A stretch of DNA of 37,989 nt from a virus. Lineage: Duplodnaviria; Caudoviricetes. The translations under genes were made by a program, and so were the position numbers. The stretch covers positions 1-37,989 of the IMG/VR virus record IMGVR_UViG_3300016665_000607, one strand, 5' to 3'. Below the pieces are notes generated by a model that searched no databases, was not told the DNA's origin, and worked only from the letters and a program-made list of their open reading frames with translations. This document shows positions 10,101 to 18,823 of this stretch, in pieces (the first letter of the stretch is position 1; each line of letters starts with the position of its first letter).

Positions 10101-10297
10101 CCTCTAATAAATTTACTAGCCTCTTGAGGAGAGACACATGAAGTTATGAACATGATGTCGGCGGGCTTTATACCTTCGCCAGCAACAAATGTAACTCCAC
10201 TATGCCCTTTAACTGAGCCAGTCTTTTCTATAAAAGGCAGAGGAGGAAGGGTATAGTCAGGAACCGGTATTACCTTTTCCTTCTTCTGATTTTCCAT
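7112..10297 (-). CDS. polA: Family A DNA polymerase with N-terminal uracil-DNA glycosylase-like domain and 3'-5' exonuclease
   Basis: UDG family-4-like N-terminus (VAGEG.KPADIMFI, YYTALIKW, LDAEIQAVGPKIIVCIG); exonuclease SVDCE, GHHFAAD, FDT, YACKD; TETGR; motif A SDYQTAEIR; motif B RGAAKVGNFSSAYG; NFPMQ; motif C ILYDS. Confidence 0.92.
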   Translation of the reverse strand: MENQKKEKVIPVPDYTLPPLPFIEKTGSVKGHSGVTFVAGEGIKPADIMFITSCVSPQEASKFIRGRDGQEGVRVQPRYLRSDAGVMFTDIFNQEGIDLYKCYYTALIKWLLPKNERAKVPKDIIAWALPSLDAEIQAVGPKIIVCIGKPIFDLLADIKLSLSDAKSGWFFNEKYNAKLYLIDDTYKLVTNPEYIEKFRVEAKEIKRMHDEVCNVNTHRVPLEYETITNSADLKRVVSNWKHNNFNVISVDCEWAGNNHIDGKLRSTQFCWAPGKACYVRWMDDKGNYVFDITYKEAGKILSEWLDREDVKYIGHHFAADAPWLHHVLGLNWYEKCIFDTEFAQQTANEAEDLSLERIAMKYTDLGRYDLELVLWVKHNKALMEDGGYGAIPDEILIPYACKDVDTVFRAWPFIHRSLQAQDLVDYYNNVFHPFVTDVFVSFALVGLPMDVETMDELRVLYTFARDKMEAILREDIHAEAKNFVLMAFATRMNPEIATNSYLEFISLIANSEHGQAWNVLKSAAKKPDDVPKLKSIFDHYIDSANFNIRSAAHLKRWLFHVKGYEPIKSTSNKEKGLPATSWEKIKSMPPEAQKNYNPAVDKQTLQILSEKNNDRILRKLLQLNAVGNICKAFLKEAEVDADGNVVKENGLHFYLCSDNRVHGQMSTTETGRPRSWKPNSLNWPSYVNSMIGNGIADLFGKLKERDELPEEFEKFIVKDENGEYKSKVPSIRSCVKAPEGWCFVESDYQTAEIRGLAFISGDKSLIDIVCNPDLNFAVTKDDKKVRLSFPPEVFPPSAQEEYKHLLISPDDPSLVRKEDGSLKHPKQDLHWSLAEMVHIKPREVLDEKKDRGAAKVGNFSSAYGASASTLERKIEQDTGKKPEEGTGQRLLKALEKRQPVAQDFLIKMERIPEKPGYYRAASGRIRHFSSHDPKYLDDIDEHLTMGLFKSMGREARNFPMQESVAATAARAGKWLLDTYIKLNMQARPLIILYDSVVTLCPLEERFKVAQMHQLFMTDENTWEYHGRKMNYPIDTDFVYRWSAKPDKADKKLLEDKTYKAK

Positions 10298-10451
10298 AAA
10301 GTCTCAATGTCTCCTCCAGGAATGCAATTTCTTCAAACGCAGCAGCGCGTTTGCCTGAGTCAAAATCATCCATAACTGGCTCAGCTACAAGGTTATGTAA
10401 CTGAGCCAGTCTGGTTTGTAATTTAAGCTGTAACTGGCTGAGCTGCTTCAT
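10257..10451 (-). CDS. Small hypothetical protein
   Basis: 64-aa ORF bridging two genes with overlaps at both ends. Confidence 0.5.
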   Translation of the reverse strand: MKQLSQLQLKLQTRLAQLHNLVAEPVMDDFDSGKRAAAFEEIAFLEETLRLYGKSEEGKGNTGS

Positions 10452-11652
10452 TTAGCAGCTTATACCAATTGGCTCTCAAGTAGTCAATCGCTTTCGAGGT
10501 ATATCTAGCCTGAAAACGAACGCATGGATGAGGGCTGGCTGTGTAAGCCGGATTATCTTGTTCCAAGATGTTACCGCTCGTGTCCCTGGGGTTCGGTTTC
10601 TTTTTGCAGAACACCTGACAGACAATAGCCATGTTGTCTCTGACTGCATCAGACTTAAGGATGGGAGCTCTGTGCGTGGTGTTAGCTGTGTGAAACACAT
10701 CACGCAGAATATCCTGGAACTTATCTTTTTGAATAAGCTTGCCTTTTGCATCCTTCCAAAATGCATGGAACAAAATATAAACCTGATCGCTGTTAAGCAA
10801 ACCAAGTCTAGTCAGCTGTTCAGATTTCTGAGGATTACCTTTACCAGCGAGATACTGGCTCAGGCTCAGCTGCAGACTATTGTTTGACCCAAGAGTTCTG
10901 TGGTAATTAATACGCACGGACTCCAATTTACTCTCAGCCTTAATCCGTAATTTTTTAGGTGTACTATTATTAAGAACAAGAGTCGCTGGTTTGGCAGGCG
11001 CACTGACATTAGCAATCTGTTGTTTTAGACGAGTAATCTCATCCTCAAGCTCGCGCCGTTTGTTACGCTCAACCCAGAGCTGATTAACGATGTCAGTTAC
11101 ATACTTTACAGCCTCAATGATATTATTACTGGCCTCTCCCAGGGATTTAATCTTATCATTGCCTGTCACTTCTTTCTCTGTAGGAAGAGGAGCGGTAGGG
11201 GTATAAACGCCGTATGCAGTAGACTGAGCTTTAAGCCAGACACGCATATCATCTTTGACGCTCTCAACGAGCCTGATCCCAGACTTATTAATGATAAAGT
11301 CCAAACCATCAAGAGTCCAAAGCAGCTGCCGTGTTCTCTTAATGGGTTTGCCTTCTTCAGCAACAAAATGAACAGGCGCGTCATTATGCATTTCAAAGTG
11401 CCTTGAGTCGCACAGCTTAGAGTAACTGGCTAGATTGTTCGCGCTAACAAGAAGCAGTTTAGCTAAATTATTATTAGTGATCAACCAGCGAGGAGTGTTT
11501 GCCTCCGCTATTTTTGCTTCTGATACAAGATACCAAATGTCAGATTCTTTATGACCGACATGTTGGCTATGCAGTCTATACTGTTTCCAATACAGACCTC
11601 CGCTACGAACTCTGTGATTAATTTCTTTAATGCAGTATTGTGTGTGTTTCAT
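10423..11652 (-). CDS. Antirepressor-like DNA-binding protein (ORF6N/Bro-N-like N-terminus, coiled coil)
   Basis: LITNNNLAKLL...RHFEM...QLLWTLDGLDFII resembles the ORF6N pattern; central coiled coil ERNKRRELEDEITRLKQQI. Confidence 0.55.
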   Translation of the reverse strand: MKHTQYCIKEINHRVRSGGLYWKQYRLHSQHVGHKESDIWYLVSEAKIAEANTPRWLITNNNLAKLLLVSANNLASYSKLCDSRHFEMHNDAPVHFVAEEGKPIKRTRQLLWTLDGLDFIINKSGIRLVESVKDDMRVWLKAQSTAYGVYTPTAPLPTEKEVTGNDKIKSLGEASNNIIEAVKYVTDIVNQLWVERNKRRELEDEITRLKQQIANVSAPAKPATLVLNNSTPKKLRIKAESKLESVRINYHRTLGSNNSLQLSLSQYLAGKGNPQKSEQLTRLGLLNSDQVYILFHAFWKDAKGKLIQKDKFQDILRDVFHTANTTHRAPILKSDAVRDNMAIVCQVFCKKKPNPRDTSGNILEQDNPAYTASPHPCVRFQARYTSKAIDYLRANWYKLLNEAAQPVTA

Positions 11653-11659
11653 TTGTGTC

Positions 11660-12937
11660 TCAGTTCAGGTGTTTAAATACCAAGTTCATAGCCGCCTCAT
11701 ATGTCATTTCGCCAACATCCTTATATTGATCCGGGATATCCACGAACTTGAGGTCGACCAATCTTTCGCTCATTAACTGTTTAATTCTGGTAGCCATCTC
11801 CTTACCGGCTTTGTCGTTGTCAGCCACAACAACAAGCTTTTTGAATTTACTTACTAGGAGATCCGCGTGACGCTCGCTCATATATTTACCAAGCAACGCA
11901 ACTGCGCCTGGACCTATACGCCCAGCATCTAACGGACCCTCTACAATGAATGCAGTGTGCTTCTTGAGTCCAAGTTTATTATTGAATTCAACAGCAGCAT
12001 CCACACCCATCAGCGTCTCATTACGAGACATACCAAATGCCGTCTTATATTTGGACGGCTTCCACTGAATGGTATATCCATCTAGTTCAATTTCTATTCC
12101 AGGGATTGCTTCCCATTTTCCAGTCTCTGCATTCTTCTGCTCTGCAGCTACCCAATTGTTCCTGTAGGGATGTAGATAATATTTTATGTTATCTTCGACT
12201 CGATCAATGATACGAGCCTGCCATCCTACTTGCACACCATTAATAGAAGAATAGAAAACTATTCTCCCTTGTGGAGTGTCCTTGAAATCCAGAGGAAGGC
12301 GTTTGTAGAAAATACCTTTCTCAGGTTGTTCAGGTGTTTCCTGTGTGCAGAAAGAACATTTGAACTGCTTATACAAAAGATCCAGATCATAACCTCTATC
12401 TCTTAGATAAGAGACAGCAGCATGATGCGGAGGTAGAGCTGTAATAGGGACTACTACCCCGGGATCCATTGGAACTAGATTACCGTTACCATCATCCACT
12501 AGACTTTGAGTTTTAAGAGTGGCCGCTTCAATAATCTTTGAGGATATATTGGACAGCCCTCTTTTCTCAAGCGTGGGATATTTTTTCTCATTTAATAAAT
12601 CTGATACTTTGTATTTAGTATTAGTTTTATGACAAACAGCGCTGTAGTCCAAAACCATCGGATCTCTTATAGCTCCGTGCTTATGTAGCCAATCATCTGT
12701 TTGTTTGTAACGTGAAGCATTAACTGTTAAATGCTTACTCTGTATCTCCTTTCTACCATCTGTCTTTAAACATTCGGGAGAGGGAAGATAAATATGAAAT
12801 CCGTTAGACTCGTTACGGATTACTGCAGGTCCATGAAGACGACTCAAAGCTTCCGCTAGAATCATGATCTCCCTGGGAATTGTACTCAAGGATAGTCCCT
12901 GCGTGCTGTTGATTTCTGTGTGCATAAAGGCGGTCAA
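11660..12937 (-). CDS. DnaG-type DNA primase (Toprim)
   Basis: YLRDRG, RIVF, VGWQARI, KYK, Toprim IVEGPLDA and VADNDKAG, KDVGE. The true start may be 12925 or later. Confidence 0.85.
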   Translation of the reverse strand: MTAFMHTEINSTQGLSLSTIPREIMILAEALSRLHGPAVIRNESNGFHIYLPSPECLKTDGRKEIQSKHLTVNASRYKQTDDWLHKHGAIRDPMVLDYSAVCHKTNTKYKVSDLLNEKKYPTLEKRGLSNISSKIIEAATLKTQSLVDDGNGNLVPMDPGVVVPITALPPHHAAVSYLRDRGYDLDLLYKQFKCSFCTQETPEQPEKGIFYKRLPLDFKDTPQGRIVFYSSINGVQVGWQARIIDRVEDNIKYYLHPYRNNWVAAEQKNAETGKWEAIPGIEIELDGYTIQWKPSKYKTAFGMSRNETLMGVDAAVEFNNKLGLKKHTAFIVEGPLDAGRIGPGAVALLGKYMSERHADLLVSKFKKLVVVADNDKAGKEMATRIKQLMSERLVDLKFVDIPDQYKDVGEMTYEAAMNLVFKHLN

Positions 12938-14279
12938 AGAAATGCAACTGACTAGCGAAGCTGTCCAGCTTCCGGTTGCGCATTTTGTTTATAAATAAAG
13001 TACATCTCAGACTATCAACAGCCTCACGGCGATATTTAACAAAAGCAGACCAATCAATGAAATTAAATTTCTTAAAGTTAATCAGGAAATTATAAACAGC
13101 CATGTTGGCAGTAATCTCAGCAAAAAGTTTACTCTCAAATTCAGCAGCAAGTAATTTAATTATAGAAGGCTTATAATGTTTAGACAGACTCAGAACTACT
13201 AGTTTAGCGTAAACAGGGATAGCATATGAATCAACAAAATTATAATAGTCTTGGTATGTCAGATTTTCAACATTATTATCAAGCTCACGAAGCATTTTGG
13301 AAGCGAGGGCAATTTCTTTGAACACGTAGTTCTCTTCGGTGCCATCTGCCATCTCTTTGATCTGGTCCTCAATGCAATCAATCTCGCCGGGACGGATCTT
13401 CTCACAGTGTTCTTTAAGAATCTCATCAAAGTTTCTAATTAGGTCTAACAGACTGAAAACCAGATCTTTAGACTTAACTATACTACACATCTTAGCCACT
13501 GATTCTTTGTTTATTACGCCTGAATCAAGACGACGAGCTGCACTCCGGGCTGCTGCTGGCGTGAGCATTTTATCCTCCGAAACCTCAGCAAGACGTTCAA
13601 TCAGGTCATACTCAACCGGGTTCTTATCCGGGTCAGAGAGACGATCAAAACATCCTGCCTCAGTGTACTGCGTGCCTTCCAAGCCATTACCCGGAGCACC
13701 ATCTTCATAGTTCCGGGAAACCGCTTGATGACGCAGAGATATTTTTTCAATGGGTTCAAATTCTTTTTCCAAACCATCACCCGGAACAGAAATGGTTTGG
13801 AAATCTTCTCTGGTTTTCAGAGAACCTTTAGGAGAGTTAATACTCTCCAAATAAGATGCGCGCAGCTCACGGCGCATACGCGCATGAACTACCTGCATCT
13901 CTCTACGAGCCTTCTTTCCGCAGACACGCCAATACGTGCCAAGCTGGCGTGTGCCTCTAACAGCAAGGAAATCTTCAATCTTACCTTCGCGCTTCATTTC
14001 TGAAAAAATTTCATCAGCTTTGCGCTTTTTAAAATTGAGCTTTTCCCACACCCATTCTTTGGAAACAAACTTGCCAAGCCTGTTCATATGCTGAATCAAC
14101 GCAAAGACTTCTCCCTTGGTCCTTTCCTCGATAGAATCGAAGTTAAGTTTAATGGAGATCTCAGGCACATCGCTGCTCGAGGCAATCACCATATGATCAG
14201 GGATATTGATCGTATTGTGCGCAATCGGACGACGAGGGTGTTCAGCAGTCTTAATGAAGCTGGCAGGTTTCCAAAGCAT
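12813..14279 (-). CDS. Hypothetical replication-associated protein (possible N-terminal winged-helix)
   Basis: 488-aa ORF between helicase and primase; SKEWVWEKLNFKKRKADEIFSEMKREGKI looks like a wHTH (inference). Confidence 0.6.
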   Translation of the reverse strand: MLWKPASFIKTAEHPRRPIAHNTINIPDHMVIASSSDVPEISIKLNFDSIEERTKGEVFALIQHMNRLGKFVSKEWVWEKLNFKKRKADEIFSEMKREGKIEDFLAVRGTRQLGTYWRVCGKKARREMQVVHARMRRELRASYLESINSPKGSLKTREDFQTISVPGDGLEKEFEPIEKISLRHQAVSRNYEDGAPGNGLEGTQYTEAGCFDRLSDPDKNPVEYDLIERLAEVSEDKMLTPAAARSAARRLDSGVINKESVAKMCSIVKSKDLVFSLLDLIRNFDEILKEHCEKIRPGEIDCIEDQIKEMADGTEENYVFKEIALASKMLRELDNNVENLTYQDYYNFVDSYAIPVYAKLVVLSLSKHYKPSIIKLLAAEFESKLFAEITANMAVYNFLINFKKFNFIDWSAFVKYRREAVDSLRCTLFINKMRNRKLDSFASQLHFFDRLYAHRNQQHAGTILEYNSQGDHDSSGSFESSSWTCSNP

Positions 14280-14289
14280 AAGGGCGGCG

Positions 14290-14317
14290 ATGTTAGCAAG
14301 ACGCGATGACCGCGCAA
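14290..14317 (-). promoter_or_regulatory. Sigma70-like promoter with extended -10
   Basis: Minus strand TTGCGC-N16-TAACAT with TG one base upstream of the -10, 10 nt before ATG 14279. It overlaps a small GCGCA/TGCGC hairpin followed by T8 on the plus strand. Confidence 0.45.
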
Positions 14318-14336
14318 CTGTAAAGTGCGCTTTTTT

Positions 14337-15851
14337 TTACGTCCAAGGTGCTATTCTTTGATACTCGTATTCTCTTTTAAAAGGCACAGCTTTGGGGTCA
14401 GCAAAGCGAGACTTAGATATGAACAAGACCTGCTTCACGGCATAGGTAGCGACATCATCAAGATCAGAACCTAACCGGTAGTCTTTACGCTTTTTATTTT
14501 TCTCTTGATCGATGTGCTTGGCGTATTCTTCCGAATACAAACTGGAGATACCAATGATTGCAGAATAGTTTCTGCCCATGGTTTTGCACTCCGCCAAATC
14601 AAGAGAATCAATTTTTACTTTATTAACCGAAGCTGGAATAGCCTGAGCAAAAGCAATAGCCACAAAATTTCTTTTACGGCAAAGCTCTTCCAGAGCGTCT
14701 GCAGCTGCCTGGTAGATGTGACGAGTTTTATCTCCTGCATCTGCCATTGACCCCAGAGCACCACCAATCCAGTCCAGAATCACATAATCAATTTTCTTGT
14801 TATTTTCTTTTTCATAAGTGTCGATCTCATCCTCGATCTTCTTGATCATGTTGAGATCGTTTTGTTTTTGAAAGTTGCCCCAGTTAATAAACTGAGCATC
14901 GCCCGATTTCAGACTAAACGACTTGTTTCTAAAATCCAAGTACCGTTGAATCTCGTTAGGCGTGAGTTTGTCTTTGAAGATACCCTGACTAATTGTGCGG
15001 TGAGGAATGCTGCACTTATTAGAAATAATACGTCTGTAGAGCTCATCATGTTTTTGCTCTGTAGATATGTACAAGCCTGAGGCGTTGTTAATGTACGAGA
15101 AAGCACAAGCCAGCTGACAAGCGATGATGGTCTTACCTGAGCCTGTACCTCCTATGAATAAATAAGCATGCCCTTTTCTAAAGGATGAAAGCGCCTCATT
15201 TAATTTAGGTATGTCACAATCCAATGTTTCAACGATTGCCCGGTTAGGATCATCGAATTCATCAATTGCAGACAGCTGAATTCTGTCCGGGACACCTTGA
15301 AGGATTTTACCGCCGTCTTCCAGCTTACCGATGATTTCGACATCCTTCTCACAAAGCAAAGTCAAGTCATCCAAATTTACACCTAGCAAAGAAGCACTGT
15401 TAATAATCTTCTTGGCTCTGATGCTCTTTAGATAATAAGCAATAGCAGTGTTAGCTATGTAAATATTATCTTCACCTACAGGTGTGGGCATGATCACTTC
15501 CTGGAAATAGCGCATGATCTCAGGTATTTCTGAGAGTCTTACCACTTCACCTTTGTTTGCCCGTTCGGTAAGCATCATCTGAAGCTGCACCGAACCTATA
15601 GGTTTGAATATACTTTCACTAGCGCCCTCAAATAAACTATTGTAGCCGCGAATGGCATCATAGATTATGTTGTGGTATTGAATTTCAAAATCGTCAGAAT
15701 GTTTGTCTTTAGATCCCGACTTAAGACACAAAACCGGACTGAACTTTTTGAAGCTCTGCAGGTCAGCACGACACACAGCAACAACAACCTGCTCAAACCA
15801 ATTTGGATTTTTGTCTATGAAGATTTCTAGTTGCTTGGGGCATTTAGCCAT
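14337..15851 (-). CDS. DnaB-like (SF4) replicative helicase
   Basis: Walker A IGGTGSGKT, YISTEQ, Walker B VILDWI, AFAQ, ISKSRF. Confidence 0.85.
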   Translation of the reverse strand: MAKCPKQLEIFIDKNPNWFEQVVVAVCRADLQSFKKFSPVLCLKSGSKDKHSDDFEIQYHNIIYDAIRGYNSLFEGASESIFKPIGSVQLQMMLTERANKGEVVRLSEIPEIMRYFQEVIMPTPVGEDNIYIANTAIAYYLKSIRAKKIINSASLLGVNLDDLTLLCEKDVEIIGKLEDGGKILQGVPDRIQLSAIDEFDDPNRAIVETLDCDIPKLNEALSSFRKGHAYLFIGGTGSGKTIIACQLACAFSYINNASGLYISTEQKHDELYRRIISNKCSIPHRTISQGIFKDKLTPNEIQRYLDFRNKSFSLKSGDAQFINWGNFQKQNDLNMIKKIEDEIDTYEKENNKKIDYVILDWIGGALGSMADAGDKTRHIYQAAADALEELCRKRNFVAIAFAQAIPASVNKVKIDSLDLAECKTMGRNYSAIIGISSLYSEEYAKHIDQEKNKKRKDYRLGSDLDDVATYAVKQVLFISKSRFADPKAVPFKREYEYQRIAPWT

Positions 15852-16471
15852 AACAAAATATCTCTGATTGGATAACCGAGGGTTTGAGCCGCACGATAAA
15901 AATGTGGTCTCTTATTGTAAAAGTCTAAGGCGTCTTTACCGAAGAACTGTTTAACCTTTTCATTACCATAGCCGAGTAACACACGGACGTATGGAGAGTA
16001 ACTGGTTGTGAGGCTATTGATGTATTCAATAGTAACCTCGTTAATTTCTTTAGTGCCTGTTAATCGGATCAAAGATCTATTAACAAGTTCAATTTCATAT
16101 TTTAAATCAATCAAGTACGAGTCAGTTTCAGAATCAAACATGGCGTCTTTACCTTCCATGCCTGCTTGCTGTTTTGCTTTATCGTACGATCTTCTTGATC
16201 CCGTATAATCTCGGTACCAGCCGCGACAAGCGGTACCATACATTGCATTTGGAAAAGGTCCAAGAGAACTACGGCAATTAGAGAACGCAGCGTCTACAAA
16301 CACTTCAGGTGTAGCATTCAATTCTACACACAATTCAGCGGCACGTTGCCAATGAATAAACTCAGCATTTTTACCTGTGAGTTTAAAAGTATTTTCGTAT
16401 AACGCATTCTTCCTCTCAAGATAGTAGCGGCGAATCTCTCGCGCTATCGCATCTAGTTGATCTGGATTCAT
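15827..16471 (-). CDS. Hypothetical protein upstream of helicase
   Basis: 214-aa ORF overlapping the helicase start; no motif recognised. Confidence 0.7.
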   Translation of the reverse strand: MNPDQLDAIAREIRRYYLERKNALYENTFKLTGKNAEFIHWQRAAELCVELNATPEVFVDAAFSNCRSSLGPFPNAMYGTACRGWYRDYTGSRRSYDKAKQQAGMEGKDAMFDSETDSYLIDLKYEIELVNRSLIRLTGTKEINEVTIEYINSLTTSYSPYVRVLLGYGNEKVKQFFGKDALDFYNKRPHFYRAAQTLGYPIRDILLWLNAPSN

Positions 16472-16707
16472 TAGCGTTTGAGCACAGCAATATAATGTCT
16501 GTCTAAATCTAATTTACGTCTGTAGGAAGCCAGGGGATAGCGATACTCTAGATCAGCAAGATTGTCAGGATTATTAACAAACATAGCTAATTGCGTCTTT
16601 GTTTTAAATCTTTGAATGATCCACCAACCTTCCTCGGAATCTAATTCCTCCGGAGTTTTCAACCATTTAGGTTTTTCTTCCTGTGTTTTTCTAGAGTATC
16701 TACCCAT
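16471..16707 (-). CDS. Small hypothetical protein
   Basis: 78 aa; TAATG coupling with the downstream gene. Confidence 0.6.
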   Translation of the reverse strand: MGRYSRKTQEEKPKWLKTPEELDSEEGWWIIQRFKTKTQLAMFVNNPDNLADLEYRYPLASYRRKLDLDRHYIAVLKR

Positions 16708-16711
16708 AGTA

Positions 16712-16882
16712 TTATTTACTTTTTAAAATTTTAGATATTCTACGCGCCAACAATGCCGCACCTTTTCTTTCAGAGTGTTGCCAAACTGTAAAAGCCTCAG
16801 GATGCACTTTTTTATAAGCACGACTAGCTTTTAAAGCTTTCGCGCATTGATCCCTAATGAGATTAATAGTTTCATTTTTCAT
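16712..16882 (-). CDS. Small basic hypothetical protein (56 aa)
   Basis: Below ORF-track cutoff: MKNETINLIRDQCAKALKASRAYKKVHPEAFTVWQHSERKGAALLARRISKILKSK. ATGA overlap with the helicase stop; fills the gap exactly. Confidence 0.6.
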   Translation of the reverse strand: MKNETINLIRDQCAKALKASRAYKKVHPEAFTVWQHSERKGAALLARRISKILKSK

Positions 16883-18318
16883 AGTGCTTTTTCTTTAAAT
16901 GATTGTTCAAGGGCGTTGTAACTATCCACATAGATAATTTCATAGCCTTTTTCAGTGTATGCTTTTACACGAGCCAAAGACTCGCGGTACAAAGCCTGAA
17001 TACCATTTCCCTTTCCAGTGCCCGGAGTAAAGAAGAAATCAAACACGATACCGCATTTTTTGTTCGGTCTAACTTCAGCAAGTCTGCCGGGTTTCTGAAT
17101 GGTGGATGTATTTGCTCCACCGCCACTTAAATTAATTAGAGTCCTAACATGGTTGAAGGTAACGCCCTGCGCATAGATTTCGCTAGCCAGGCAGCGTTTA
17201 ATTTCATCACCACGCATACGCTCCATGAGCTCTTCGCGTTCCTTCTTGGTCATGCGTTTGGCCATGGCAATAGTACCATCCTGCCCAACCCAATCCAAAA
17301 AGTATTCAGCTTGATCTTCATTCTTGATAAAGATTAGAGTCTGCCAATCGCCAGGTAATAGCTCATGACAAATCCAGCGCACTGCTTTAGCAACACGTTC
17401 ACCTTTAAATAAATGAGTCTTGTAAGCACGGTCACGGTCATCGGAATTCCCTGACAGAGGAATGACGATCATGTACACCACTAGAGGACATACAGCCCCT
17501 TCAGCCACAGCTTCTTGGAATGTACGCTCTGCGATAACAGGACCGATCAAAGCTTCTATGAGAATATCGCGCTGATCAAATCTGCCCTTTAACGTGGCAC
17601 CAAAACCAATACGCCTAGCTTTATCAAACTTTGTCAGCTCAGGTAAACGACTGTCTGTGACACAAGCATGAGGTTCATCAATCAATAATAATTTACATGC
17701 TGCAGCATCGCATTTGTGTAAACTATCCATGCTTGCAACATTGATATCGTCACAAGGAGTTTGAGTTGAGCCTGCGCCAATAAGTTTTACCTGCCGATGA
17801 GGAAGTGCTTCTTTAACATCTTCATACAGCTGTTTAACCAAATCAGCACCTGGAGCCGTAACCACTGTGTGTACATTTGGAAATGCACGCAAAGTATTCT
17901 TTATGAGCGTTGTCTTACCGTATCTGGTAGGAGCCCCCAACAACCCACTGCAATTAGTATTCAGGAAGGTAGTAAGTAATTCTTCCTGTTTAAACCTAAA
18001 TCCGCACATTAAATCCAAGCGCGGTTTAGGAAAGGGCACGCGCATGTCATAAAACTTAACGTCCCATCCTTGAGCCTCTAAAAATAATTTAACTTTAAGC
18101 CACATGCCCTGCGTGGTCTGAATAACATTGTATCCATTCTGCTGGCTTACGACTTTGTATAAAGGATTTACAGTTACCTTGGTAACTTTTTTCCATGGGT
18201 TCTTCGGATCCTGAACCAACGACTTCTCCCGGTAAGTTAAAAACTTTTCCAACGCAGGGTTGGAAGGAGCAATCGTCAGCACGGAGTCATCCCACATGAG
18301 ATGAGCTTCTTTACTCAT
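16879..18318 (-). CDS. SF2 helicase, UvsW/ResIII-like
   Basis: Q-motif RFKQ, APTRYGKT, LIDEPH, GFGAT, QGV, motif VI IQKPGRL, IVFDF. Confidence 0.85.
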   Translation of the reverse strand: MSKEAHLMWDDSVLTIAPSNPALEKFLTYREKSLVQDPKNPWKKVTKVTVNPLYKVVSQQNGYNVIQTTQGMWLKVKLFLEAQGWDVKFYDMRVPFPKPRLDLMCGFRFKQEELLTTFLNTNCSGLLGAPTRYGKTTLIKNTLRAFPNVHTVVTAPGADLVKQLYEDVKEALPHRQVKLIGAGSTQTPCDDINVASMDSLHKCDAAACKLLLIDEPHACVTDSRLPELTKFDKARRIGFGATLKGRFDQRDILIEALIGPVIAERTFQEAVAEGAVCPLVVYMIVIPLSGNSDDRDRAYKTHLFKGERVAKAVRWICHELLPGDWQTLIFIKNEDQAEYFLDWVGQDGTIAMAKRMTKKEREELMERMRGDEIKRCLASEIYAQGVTFNHVRTLINLSGGGANTSTIQKPGRLAEVRPNKKCGIVFDFFFTPGTGKGNGIQALYRESLARVKAYTEKGYEIIYVDSYNALEQSFKEKAL

Positions 18319-18340
18319 AGCAATTTACTGATACGTAAAA

Positions 18341-18823
18341 TTAAAGAGGCGTGATTTCCTCTACATCAAATCGACCATAACCGTACTGACCACCCCAGGG
18401 GCTAAGGCCCAGAAACATACCCGTGAATTTGAATATGTCCCTGAGCCTAGCCAAGTCTGGAGAGTATCTATCAGTCTTGTCTGTAGCTGTCACTAAAACC
18501 TTGATCGTGAGAACACAGTTTTCGCGCATAGCTTCAAACATTTCGCACTGTTGCTTATTCTTATGAGTGTAGTTACGTCTGTATAACACCAAGGTCGGCG
18601 GATCGATATTCATCTGAGGACGAATTGTATCCGTATCAACATCAGTCATGTGCAGGGCTTCGGCAGCTTGCTGAAAGGTCCAGCTCCATTGAGCCAGATC
18701 CACAGCAAGCTTACCATCACGGTCACGGCGAAAACGACGAACGTTTTCTCGAGTCCGCTGATTACCAAGCCATGAAGATGTTAATTTAATCTTCAGGTCA
18801 TACAGAGTAGCTACTTCACTCAT
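18341..18823 (-). CDS. Stand-alone RAMP-superfamily (Cas7/Csm3-like) protein
   Basis: 160 aa from ATG 18823 (ATGA-coupled to the sbcC stop). N-terminal strand YDLKIKLTSSWLG, DRDGKLAV followed by a helix, FEAMRENCVLTIKV, and C-terminal Gly-rich loop GLSPWGGQYGYGRFDV match the RAMP motif order. Confidence 0.6.
   Translation of the reverse strand: MSEVATLYDLKIKLTSSWLGNQRTRENVRRFRRDRDGKLAVDLAQWSWTFQQAAEALHMTDVDTDTIRPQMNIDPPTLVLYRRNYTHKNKQQCEMFEAMRENCVLTIKVLVTATDKTDRYSPDLARLRDIFKFTGMFLGLSPWGGQYGYGRFDVEEITPL

Noticed and set aside
7112-10297. Modified-base genome (hmU, dU or Z) implied by the UDG-Pol fusion
   Set aside because: ThyA has canonical motifs, and no hydroxymethylase, PurZ or similar gene is in the window; unsupported here.
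16708-16880. Apparent non-coding gap downstream of the helicase as a guide-RNA locus
   Set aside because: Filled by a 56-aa ORF coupled to the helicase stop; no repeats or strong stems.
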